This document shows, one piece after another, positions 25,865-33,457 of a stretch of DNA of 64,000 bases. The notes under the pieces are model-generated. The model ran no database searches, was not told the DNA's origin, and saw only the letters and a program-made list of their open reading frames with translations. Every line of letters begins with the position of its first letter. Positions within the stretch are counted from its first letter, which is position 1. Origin of the DNA: a virus; IMG/VR virus record IMGVR_UViG_3300043331_000441, positions 32,001-96,000 of that record. The stretch is one strand, 5' to 3'. The position numbers and the translations under genes were made by a program.

Positions 25865-26167
25865 ATGAGGCTTCGTGACCCAGGACTCCTCGCGCTTCTT
25901 TCGCATACGTATGACGAATGCGCATTGTGTGGCACCACACAAAATCTGCACCTGCACCACGTGCTCTACCGCTCGCAAGGAGGTGATGATGTCCGTGGGA
26001 ATATCGTTTGCCTCTGCCGCTCGTGCCATGAAGCAGTTCACCGAGGCGATAAAGCTGCTCTCCACGCACACATCCGCCTCTTCCGGCCAGACGTCGTGGA
26101 ATATCTGCAAGGACGACTAGGTGTAGATGCAGCGAATGCACGTTTAGCGTCCGATGCCTGTGGATAA
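25865..26167 (+). CDS. HNH endonuclease
   Basis: CALCG...LHLHHV...GGDD..GN+VCLCRSCHEAVH. Confidence 0.85.
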   Translation: MRLRDPGLLALLSHTYDECALCGTTQNLHLHHVLYRSQGGDDVRGNIVCLCRSCHEAVHRGDKAALHAHIRLFRPDVVEYLQGRLGVDAANARLASDACG

Positions 26168-26188
26168 CATATCCCCAGGTGATTGTGG

Positions 26189-26509
26189 ATGGCAACAAAG
26201 CTGTACGACAGCCAGCGCTGGCGCGACTACCGTTCGCGCGTTCTCGCAGACGACGCTGAGTGCGCCTTCGCGCGCCTGGCGGGCGACTGCAGCGGCGCGC
26301 TGCAAGTTCATCACGTTGAGCCACTCGCTGACGGTGGGCCACCGTTTCCCGCCAGAGATGGCGTGGTTGTGTTGTGTGTCGCGCACCACAGCTGGCTCCA
26401 CGGCTGGAAGCGACGTAAGAAGCAGACCTGGAAAAGGTGTCCTCATCACCATGTGACGCCCGAAGGGCGTCGCCTGTGTGAACGTAGGCTGAACCGAGTC
26501 GCCGCCTAG
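26189..26509 (+). CDS. HNH endonuclease (terminase-associated gp74-like type)
   Basis: YDSQRWR..R..VL...C......C.....VHHVEPL..GG...VVLCVAHH. Confidence 0.8.
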   Translation: MATKLYDSQRWRDYRSRVLADDAECAFARLAGDCSGALQVHHVEPLADGGPPFPARDGVVVLCVAHHSWLHGWKRRKKQTWKRCPHHHVTPEGRRLCERRLNRVAA

Positions 26510-26539
26510 TACGTCCGATCGCAAAATTACTGTTTCCCC

Positions 26540-26935
26540 GTGGAAGTTTCCCCGGAGGAAAGGGCATGGGCTGCTGGTCTCTTCGAGGGCGAGGGTTGTC
26601 TTGCATACAGCAACGGACGCCCGCGTCTACAACTCAAGATGATCCATGAGGAAAGCGTTCGACGTGTTCATGCAGCGATTGGGCTTGGCAAGGTGTACGG
26701 GCCGTACGGCCCGTACACCAGCCAATTCGGTAGTAAGCCTGTGTTCATGTGGGTCGTCGACCAAGACGAGGTTGCGGAGGCAATCGAACTCTTGCGTCCC
26801 CATCTGTCAGAGTGGGCCGCCAAACGGCTTGATCGAACTGCGGACGAACGCATCAATGATGTTCCTCGTGCGGTGCGTAAGCCCAAGCGTCGCCGCCCGC
26901 CAGAGAACACAGATGCCGACGACTGGTTGTCATGA
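26540..26935 (+). CDS. LAGLIDADG-family endonuclease-like protein
   Basis: ERAWAAGLFEGEGCL motif, then RLQLKM...IGLGKVY. Confidence 0.75.
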   Translation: MEVSPEERAWAAGLFEGEGCLAYSNGRPRLQLKMIHEESVRRVHAAIGLGKVYGPYGPYTSQFGSKPVFMWVVDQDEVAEAIELLRPHLSEWAAKRLDRTADERINDVPRAVRKPKRRRPPENTDADDWLS

Positions 26936-26959
26936 CACGTGGATTAGTAGACTGTCATG

Positions 26960-27316
26960 ACGCATGGGCGGAGCATGGTGCGCAGCGAGAGGCTGTGACG
27001 AGGGTCGGCACACCCTGGTTGAAACACTCCGCCCTTGCACTAAGTAGTCTGTTCAGATCTGCGGCCCCAACCCGTCGAGCACGAAGGGCATCTTCACAGG
27101 CGGGAGGGCCGCAGAAAATCAGTGGGCCTCAGGTCTGTAGTAGCGAGTTGATCGCCGTGAACTGGCCTCGTGCAGCCTTTGTGAGCCGTAGTTGACGACA
27201 CGCTGCGGTGAGCAGGGGAAAGACCCGGCTAAGCGGGCGCCCACAAATCCCGGCACGCCTGACAGGGAAGTGTTCTCAGTGGATAGGGTCAGTACATCCG
27301 AGAACCGCCGGGATCA
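26960..27316 (+). ncRNA. ORF-free array of nested stem-loops (candidate structured ncRNA)
   Basis: GGGCGGAG/CTCCGCCC, CTGCGGCCC/GGGCCGCAG, GTGGGC/GCCCAC and ATCCCGGC/GCCGGGAT closing stems, each with inner hairpins. Confidence 0.55.
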
Positions 27317-27319
27317 TGA

Positions 27320-27406
27320 TCTGCGCAGAGGGAGACGGGCGCGCGGCCATGCGTCGGAATCAGGGGCGGCGACCTTCCCCCCGACGTATTCGTACGGACT
27401 CCCTCA
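27320..27406 (+). ncRNA. pseudoknot element copy A
   Basis: CTGCGC/GCGCGG crossing GAGGGAG/CTCCCTC, with a long inner hairpin. Confidence 0.6.
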
Positions 27407-27409
27407 TTT

Positions 27410-27481
27410 GCCCCGGTCGTTCAGCGGCCAGGATGCCGCCCTGTCGAGGCGGAGACACGGGTTCGATTCCCGTCCGGGGCG
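27410..27481 (+). tRNA. tRNA-Asp (GTC), no encoded CCA
   Basis: Canonical cloverleaf GCCCCGG/CCGGGGC, CCGCC-CT-GTC-GA-GGCGG, ACGGG-TTCGATT-CCCGT, discriminator G. Confidence 0.93.
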
Positions 27482-27573
27482 TCTGCGCAGAGGGGAGACG
27501 GCGCGCGCAGCGCGGAGTCGATGAAGGAACAGAACCTCCTCCCTTCATCGCCTGCGGGATCGGACTCCCCTCA
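27482..27573 (+). ncRNA. pseudoknot element copy B
   Basis: CTGCGC/GCGCAG crossing GAGGGGAG/CTCCCCTC; inner hairpin CGATGAAGG/CCTTCATCG. Confidence 0.6.
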
Positions 27574-27590
27574 GATGAAAGGAGAACACA

Positions 27591-27719
27591 GTGAAACTGC
27601 CGTTTCGACGTGCTGCGAAATATCGGACGCGCCGCCGGTGGGGCCGATGTCTGCTGTGCGGGCGCTTCGGGCGTCTCTACGATTGCGTGGGCGATTGGCT
27701 TTGTAGACGATGTGGATAG
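27591..27719 (+). CDS. small Zn-ribbon protein (42 aa)
   Basis: AAAGGAGAAC RBS; CLLC...CRRC. Confidence 0.65.
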   Translation: MKLPFRRAAKYRTRRRWGRCLLCGRFGRLYDCVGDWLCRRCG

Positions 27720-27912
27720 AGGTGATCAAAAACGCCAGACACGAACTTCCTGAGTAAGACTCCGGGCCCGACGTCCGTAGTCGGATGGTGGATGCTCTAC
27801 CCTCGTCGGAGGCCCCATCCTGGCGGCGTCTAGTTGGGAGTGATGCCCCAACACGCACCTGCACCTGGGAACAGAACGCAGGGCGTTTCATCACAACAGA
27901 AGGGAGAACACG

Positions 27913-28392
27913 ATGGGTTTACGAGAGATCATCACTGGCAGCGACGCCGAGGATAAGAAGCTCAGCGCGTCCGTCGGTCTACGGCCTTACAAGCGCTGGT
28001 ACTTCTTTGGCTGGAAGTCCCCGCAGATTCTCTACCGGCGGCTACGCAACAAGTACTACCCACTCAAGCGTCTGCGTTGGGCTTCACAACGCGCACGACG
28101 CGGCTACGACGACCCCGCGATCTGGAACCTCAATTCCACACTTGCGGAACTCACAGTGATCGGCTGCCGCAAGCATCGCGAGTACGGAAACGGGTACCCC
28201 GCAGAGTTCACCGAGGAGTACGGCAGCGGCGGCGGGTGGGAGAAATGGGAGGACATCCTGCGCCGCATCGAAGAGGGCTTCCAGGCCTGGCTTGATGAGG
28301 ACGGCTTCTTCCACGAGAAGCCAGAGCAGGAAGCGAAGTTCAAGGACGGAATGGCCCTCTATGGCGAATGGTTCGGTTCGCTCTGGGACTAA
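27913..28392 (+). CDS. hypothetical phage protein
   Basis: AAGGGAGAAC RBS; QRARRGYDD..IWNLN...GYP...WEDIL..I.EGF. Confidence 0.8.
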   Translation: MGLREIITGSDAEDKKLSASVGLRPYKRWYFFGWKSPQILYRRLRNKYYPLKRLRWASQRARRGYDDPAIWNLNSTLAELTVIGCRKHREYGNGYPAEFTEEYGSGGGWEKWEDILRRIEEGFQAWLDEDGFFHEKPEQEAKFKDGMALYGEWFGSLWD

Positions 28393-28404
28393 AGGGAGAA
28401 CACA

Positions 28405-28641
28405 ATGGTTGAGTGGACAGCAGCCGAGAAAGGCTTCTCGCTCTCCGACGATGAGCAGAACGGCGTCGTGATCGCCGTCAACACGATCCTGCGCGGCGCA
28501 TGGACACCCGCAGGAGTAGAGAAGTGGTGGGACCGCCCGCGACACGAGCTGCGCGGGGCCACACCCAGAGAGGCCCTGCCGTATATCCCAACGGACGTCG
28601 TGGAACTGGCGATTGCCGGGATGATGCAGGGCGGATCATGA
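28405..28641 (+). CDS. stand-alone Xre/MbcA/ParS antitoxin C-terminal-like domain
   Basis: WTPAGVEKWWDRPRHELRGATPREAL...DVVELA pattern. Confidence 0.65.
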   Translation: MVEWTAAEKGFSLSDDEQNGVVIAVNTILRGAWTPAGVEKWWDRPRHELRGATPREALPYIPTDVVELAIAGMMQGGS

Positions 28642-28651
28642 AAGGAGAACA

Positions 28652-28828
28652 ATGAGTGCTTCAACAACACCACAGGGGCACCCCAACAGGCGCGACGAGA
28701 TCATCCTTGCGCTCGCGATCTTCATGTGGATGGCTGTCGCGGCTGTCGCGTGGCTGGCGTACTCGTACTGGCACGGATTCGACCCAGAGCTGTGCCGCTC
28801 CTACGGGGGCTGCCAATGGACCGCGTGA
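28652..28828 (+). CDS. small single-TM protein
   Basis: AAAGGAGAAC RBS; IILALAIFMWMAVAAVAWLAY. Confidence 0.65.
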   Translation: MSASTTPQGHPNRRDEIILALAIFMWMAVAAVAWLAYSYWHGFDPELCRSYGGCQWTA

Positions 28829-28946
28829 CCCGCCGCATCGGATGGTGGCTCATGGGATGGCCGACCGGCGTTCGACGAGTAAACCAGTGGCTAATCCGCT
28901 ACGGCCCGTACCGCCTCGGTGCGTGGCTAGTCAACCGGAGGTCAGC

Positions 28947-29408
28947 GTGACCCGCCCGGACCCCGCCGACATCGACCACGCCCTCGCTGCGCGGAAGAAA
29001 GGGCTTGGCCTCACCAGGGCCGAGGCCTGGAGGCTTGCTGACGAGGTGGTGGCCCTCCGCGCCGAACTCGCAGAAGCCATCGAGCAGCGCAACGAATGGG
29101 CCGAGCGCGTCGAGGTCGTGCGTGCCGCCAGGGAAGCAGCCGAACGGGAACGAGACGGCTACAAGCAGACGGCCAACAGCAACCACTGGCGTGCGGAGGC
29201 TGCCGAAACCGAGCTGCGCGAGCTGCGTCTCGTAGTCGCTCGGCAGTTGACGCCACTCGATGTTGCCGTGACACACATCGACATCCTGCGCCGAAAAAGC
29301 GATGACTACACCCCACGGGAACGGGACAACGTCGCGATCATCGTCGAGTCGCACGCCGAGGAAGCACGGAAGGCGTTGTTCGATGCGCTTCGTGCGGAAG
29401 AGACGTGA
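28947..29408 (+). CDS. modular coiled-coil repeat protein 3
   Basis: GGAGG RBS before GTG; carries the same DNA repeats as 12493-15002. Confidence 0.8.
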   Translation: MTRPDPADIDHALAARKKGLGLTRAEAWRLADEVVALRAELAEAIEQRNEWAERVEVVRAAREAAERERDGYKQTANSNHWRAEAAETELRELRLVVARQLTPLDVAVTHIDILRRKSDDYTPRERDNVAIIVESHAEEARKALFDALRAEET

Positions 29409-29845
29409 GCTGGTGGTACGTCTCGTCGCCACGGATGACCGGCGGGATCGAACTCGACGAGAACAACGTCATCGTCGGGGGCGCCCCTATCTTCCGCCGC
29501 TTCTTCGGCCAGCCCGCCAAGAACCTGGGCAACTGGCTGCGCAAGCACGGTGATGTCGAGTTTCAGAGACTGACAGAGGGGAGGGCCGGTACCAGCCCGC
29601 CACGTCAGAGAGCCTCAGGGTCGCATTCCCCTCTCCCTGAGGCCACGCACACCTACACGTGGGGCAACAACCCCAAGCGCGCGACCCTCAAGGGCCGTGC
29701 CTGTCGCATCCTGTTGAAGGGGAGGATGCGATCGGTTATGGTCGAATTCGAGAACGGGCAGCGTGAGATCGTCTCGATACGCGCGCTGCGAGAAAGGAGA
29801 ACAGATGGCCGAAGAGACGAAGATGACCAAGCTGTGGACGCGTGA
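29405..29845 (+). CDS. hypothetical protein
   Basis: GTGA overlap. Confidence 0.55.
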   Translation: MSWWYVSSPRMTGGIELDENNVIVGGAPIFRRFFGQPAKNLGNWLRKHGDVEFQRLTEGRAGTSPPRQRASGSHSPLPEATHTYTWGNNPKRATLKGRACRILLKGRMRSVMVEFENGQREIVSIRALRERRTDGRRDEDDQAVDA

Positions 29846-30017
29846 CGGCCGCGTCTGGAACGTCCTCGGCGACCCCGAAGACATCTGGAAACGGGTTATC
29901 CAGATACCGACCAACGGGTCAACGACCCACTGGGTCGAGTTGACGACGCTCGACGGCTATGTCGTCCGCATCCGCAAGGATCATGTCACTACAGTGGCGG
30001 ATGTTGGTGCGGCATGA
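29805..30017 (+). CDS. hypothetical protein
   Basis: AAAGGAGAAC RBS. Confidence 0.7.
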   Translation: MAEETKMTKLWTRDGRVWNVLGDPEDIWKRVIQIPTNGSTTHWVELTTLDGYVVRIRKDHVTTVADVGAA

Positions 30018-30310
30018 GGGAACTAAGTCAGTATGAACTGGACAGCCTGCTTGGTGCCTACTTCATCTGCCCGTTCTGCAAGTCAGAGGAGTGGTATAAG
30101 GGCGGCGAAGGTGGCATGTCGCAGAACGTCTTCTGCGCTAACGAGGAGTGCGGCGCTGGCTTCAACGTGATGGGCCCCAAGCCGGTCAACCTCGGCGGCC
30201 AACTGATCCAGCCACCCAAGGGTGGCGACCCTGGCCCGCTGGAACCAGCACCTGTCAAACTGGACGCCCCGCCCACGCAGCTTCCCTGGTGGAAAAGGTT
30301 GTTCACATGA
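30014..30310 (+). CDS. small Zn-finger protein (paralogue of 1521..1838)
   Basis: CPFC...CANEECGAGFNVMGPKPVN...LPWWKRLF. Confidence 0.8.
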   Translation: MRELSQYELDSLLGAYFICPFCKSEEWYKGGEGGMSQNVFCANEECGAGFNVMGPKPVNLGGQLIQPPKGGDPGPLEPAPVKLDAPPTQLPWWKRLFT

Positions 30311-30510
30311 CGTGTGCGCAATGCGGTCGCAAGATGGACGAGCGGATCGAGACGATCTGGCAGCACGTCACCGGCTGGACGAAGAAGCGCGATCAGGGCG
30401 GCACAAATCACATCGCGCTCCGCGAAGAGCTGCCGGAAGTGATGTGCAACGGCTGCATGACATTACTGCTTGATGGCCTTAACCCGGGCCAGCAGTCGCT
30501 GGGCGTCTGA
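30307..30510 (+). CDS. small Zn-finger protein
   Basis: CAQC...CNGC; ATGA overlap. Confidence 0.65.
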   Translation: MTCAQCGRKMDERIETIWQHVTGWTKKRDQGGTNHIALREELPEVMCNGCMTLLLDGLNPGQQSLGV

Positions 30511-30788
30511 TGCCGCGCGTCAAGATGGTTTACCAAGAGCACGGCGAGTGGGCGCCCGCAAGCGCGCAGCCTGGCACCTGTAAGCATCCGCGCGACAGGC
30601 TGCGCTACGACAGCAACTTCGCCATGCCGATCCACATGTACTGCCGTGATTGCGGCACGCGTTATCTCAGCCCCTACCACGGCATGACGCAGGAAGAGAT
30701 GGACGAAGTGCGTGAACGCGCCAAGCAGCGGGCGATCGAATACGGATTCATGGACGAAAACGGCAACTGGCTCGACGACGATGACTGA
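30510..30788 (+). CDS. hypothetical Zn-binding protein
   Basis: CKH...YCRDCG; TGATG coupling. Confidence 0.65.
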   Translation: MPRVKMVYQEHGEWAPASAQPGTCKHPRDRLRYDSNFAMPIHMYCRDCGTRYLSPYHGMTQEEMDEVRERAKQRAIEYGFMDENGNWLDDDD

Positions 30789-30954
30789 TTACGGCATTAC
30801 GTGGACGCCAGAAGAACCCGATCTCTACAAGATCGAGTTTGAGGAAGCGATCGTTATGAGCGAGTCGGGGGATCTACGTATCGAGTTGCCACTTCCGCGC
30901 GGTACATTCCGCGTGCGCGTCATCGTCGAGACCGACGAAGAACCACAGGATTGA
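30781..30954 (+). CDS. hypothetical protein
   Basis: Overlaps neighbours. Confidence 0.55.
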   Translation: MTDYGITWTPEEPDLYKIEFEEAIVMSESGDLRIELPLPRGTFRVRVIVETDEEPQD

Positions 30955-31376
30955 GCCAAGAACTCGTCTACCCACTGACCGGCGAGGTCGTCTCCTACGA
31001 CGATCCGGCTGGCTGCGTGAGGCTGCTCGGCGAGATCCGTGAGCTGGAGCAGAAACTTAAGTCGCTCAAGTCAGAACTCACGCTCGCGTTAGAGCAGGAG
31101 TTCTCACGGCAGGGGCGAAAGACGATCGAGGTGAATGGCGTCAAGGCGGAGCTGCGTGGCGGCAGCGGCATCGTGTGGGACATCGAAGTCTTAGAAGAAC
31201 TGCGGCAGCTCGGGTTACCGGAAGAAAGGATGGACGAGCTGATGCAGGCTGAGATCACATACAAGGTCAACGGCAGCGTGGCGAAGCAGATTGCGGCAGC
31301 CAACCCTGAGTACGCTGATGTGATCGAACGCGCGAAACAGCGCGTCCCGAAAGCGACCTACGTCGCGCTTGGCTAA
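30951..31376 (+). CDS. hypothetical coiled-coil protein
   Basis: 141 aa ORF with TTG start and normal codon usage. Confidence 0.7.
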   Translation: MSQELVYPLTGEVVSYDDPAGCVRLLGEIRELEQKLKSLKSELTLALEQEFSRQGRKTIEVNGVKAELRGGSGIVWDIEVLEELRQLGLPEERMDELMQAEITYKVNGSVAKQIAAANPEYADVIERAKQRVPKATYVALG

Positions 31377-31709
31377 GGGCTCAGAGCAGCCGAGATGGGA
31401 ATGGTCGCGGGGGGTGAGGGAGTGTGCCGGTTGTGAGCGCACGCTCCGGATCGCAGACGTCCGCTGTTGGCACGCGGGCGCGGACGGCATCCCGGTCATC
31501 TTCTGCCACGAGTGCTTCCCCGGACGTTGGCGAGAGTGGCTTACATCTGCGCGCACGTCTGCGCAGGGCGATCACGACTGACGGCAGCATTGATCCAGAA
31601 GAAATTGTAGAGTTGATCGCCCGACAAATAGAACGAGCGAAAGGAGCAGCGATGCGTAGGACAATCTAGCCCTGCTGCGGATCAGCGGGGCGCCCCCAAG
31701 GAGGCGCTT

Positions 31710-31985
31710 ATGAAGCGCTGGCATGAGGAGCATGCGCTCATGTTCCGCCGTTGGAAGTTCGAGATGCGGCTGCATGGTTACGACTGGCGGAACCCTCCCG
31801 ATCCGAAGTGCGACCGCAAGGCGTGTCACTGCGCTGCCGGGATCGGTTCGATGCGGAAGAAGACACCGCTTGACTGTGGTCGCGCCCGCTGTGGTGTATG
31901 CCACGGCGATAAGTTCTATTCACCGAAGGCGCGCGCGAATAAGAAGCGCGCAGCGATCCAGTTTGAGCTGGACGCCATGGCATAA
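31710..31985 (+). CDS. small basic Cys/His protein
   Basis: AAGGAGG RBS; DCGRARCGVCH. Confidence 0.75.
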   Translation: MKRWHEEHALMFRRWKFEMRLHGYDWRNPPDPKCDRKACHCAAGIGSMRKKTPLDCGRARCGVCHGDKFYSPKARANKKRAAIQFELDAMA

Positions 31986-32162
31986 CCCCCAAAAAGGGTT
32001 GTGCATAACTGCTGCAAAGCACGGCATTTGACCGCGCTGTGCAGTAATGTCCTGACGTCAGTACAAGCAACGAGGAGGTGGTATCCAGAAGGACCCAGGC
32101 ACGGCCCAGCCGGTTACTCCCATGCCGTCGGAGTCGCCGGGCAAGCACGACTTGGAGGAGAA

Positions 32163-32996
32163 GTGAAACTAGTTGGATCTCTGTTGCTCTTGGCTGCGGT
32201 AGCCATCATCGCCGCAGCCGCACTCGCACAACCAAACGAGACGACCGGCATTCGCTACCAAGCAATCGGACCGGTCACAGCACAACCCGTTCGGGAGCAG
32301 GCGACCGTCAAGCAGAAGCTGGCACCGCTCAAGCTCCCCAACATCGCTGCCATGACCAAGGCCCTGTGGTCTGCTGACCGCACGGTCTTGCCGAAGCAGG
32401 CCACGTCGTCAGCAAACGTGATCCGCTTCTGGAATGGCAAGGGGCGCTGGCTGAGGGCGCCCCGACATGAGAAGTGCGCTGAGGTTCCATGGCAACGCTC
32501 ATGCACCGTCGCCCGCGCGAGTCTCCGTCTCCACACGGCGCTTCTGAACGTTGCTGAGAAGAGACTCCTGTACGAGCTACCCGAAACCAACGATTGGGTA
32601 ACCGCTGTGCAGATCGCGCAGCGTCCCTACCCGAACACGAAGTGGCCGCTGCTCGCACTCTCCGACCGGGAGGGTGGTTGGGGGCCGTGGGTGTGGTACA
32701 GCGGTGCTTGTGGCAATCCTCCGTGTCTATGGCAGGGCTACCACGTCGGTGGCGACAACGTCTCCGGTGCAGACACCGTTGGCGGCTGGATGCAGTTCCG
32801 CTACTCGACCTTCGCCCCGTACTGGAGGCAGGCTCAGGCTGATCTCAAGCGGCGCGGCTTCTTGATCCCCGAGATCGGGATGCCACCCGAAGGAGGGCCA
32901 ACAAAGTACGCAGGCTGGCTCTCGCCACTAGGTCAGGCCCTGACGGCTGGCTACATGTTCTACTACCACAAGCAAGGCTGTCATTGGTGCATCTGA
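32163..32996 (+). CDS. secreted lysozyme-fold (lytic transglycosylase-like) protein
   Basis: GGAGGAG RBS, signal peptide, DREGG (candidate catalytic Glu) and GWMQFRYSTF (cf. GLMQ/TF motif). Confidence 0.6.
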   Translation: MKLVGSLLLLAAVAIIAAAALAQPNETTGIRYQAIGPVTAQPVREQATVKQKLAPLKLPNIAAMTKALWSADRTVLPKQATSSANVIRFWNGKGRWLRAPRHEKCAEVPWQRSCTVARASLRLHTALLNVAEKRLLYELPETNDWVTAVQIAQRPYPNTKWPLLALSDREGGWGPWVWYSGACGNPPCLWQGYHVGGDNVSGADTVGGWMQFRYSTFAPYWRQAQADLKRRGFLIPEIGMPPEGGPTKYAGWLSPLGQALTAGYMFYYHKQGCHWCI

Positions 32997-33029
32997 TGTA
33001 GCCTGTGACTTGCCTAGCAAGCCTTTGCC

Positions 33030-33065
33030 AAAGAAAGGCCCGGACGAGAGTCCGGGCCTTTCTTT
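33030..33065. terminator. bidirectional rho-independent terminator between the two arms
   Basis: Perfect 16-bp inverted repeat AAAGAAAGGCCCGGAC-gaga-GTCCGGGCCTTTCTTT. Confidence 0.93.
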
Positions 33066-33071
33066 TTGCCC

Positions 33072-33446
33072 TCACGCCGACTTTGGTGTGCCAGCGTTGT
33101 TGGTCTGGTACACCAACGTGAGCGCTCCGACCACTGCGATGGCGATGGTCAACCATTCGCCCTGAGAGATCACATGGTCGTTCTCGTACGCGACTGTCCA
33201 CGCGGTCAGACCGGCAGTCGCCGCACCAAGCACGGCCTTGATGATCCCGCCCGCAACTCCCGGCACGTTCTCCGCAAACCATGTTGCGGCCGCGCCGCCG
33301 AGCACAACGAGCGCAACCTTGACCCAGCCTTCGGTATCAAGGTCATCGAGCGAGCCGTTCCCGATCGCCTGGGCCAGCGCAGTCAGGATGGCAACGACCA
33401 GCGCGATGATCGCCTTGCCGTATGGACCGAGGTTGATGTTCTCCAT
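33072..33446 (-). CDS. holin-like 4-TM membrane protein
   Basis: Four hydrophobic helices in two internal repeats; last gene of the lysis cassette. Confidence 0.7.
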   Translation of the reverse strand: MENINLGPYGKAIIALVVAILTALAQAIGNGSLDDLDTEGWVKVALVVLGGAAATWFAENVPGVAGGIIKAVLGAATAGLTAWTVAYENDHVISQGEWLTIAIAVVGALTLVYQTNNAGTPKSA

Positions 33447-33457
33447 TCATCCTCCCT

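Larger units (their letters stand above)
1063..29802 (+). promoter_or_regulatory. extended ribosome-binding motif AAAGGAGAAC, 20 exact copies
   Basis: At 1063, 2784, 3020, 4153, 5940, 7263, 8175, 8910, 11453, 17702, 18257, 19163, 19556, 21756, 23224, 23490, 25550, 27578, 28641 and 29793, each 1-4 nt before a start codon. Confidence 0.9.

Noticed and set aside
26966-27033. tRNA-Sec or other tRNA with an 8-bp acceptor stem
   Set aside because: No proper D-arm, TTC T-loop or 7-nt anticodon loop.
26460-27120. Group I intron carrying the LAGLIDADG ORF (GACUG/UAGUC could form P7 around a P8-like stem)
   Set aside because: No convincing P3/P4/P6 or J8/7 consensus and no interrupted host gene; would need cmsearch to revive.
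31990-32160. c-di-AMP (ydaO) riboswitch upstream of the transglycosylase-like gene
   Set aside because: The expected conserved segments were not found.
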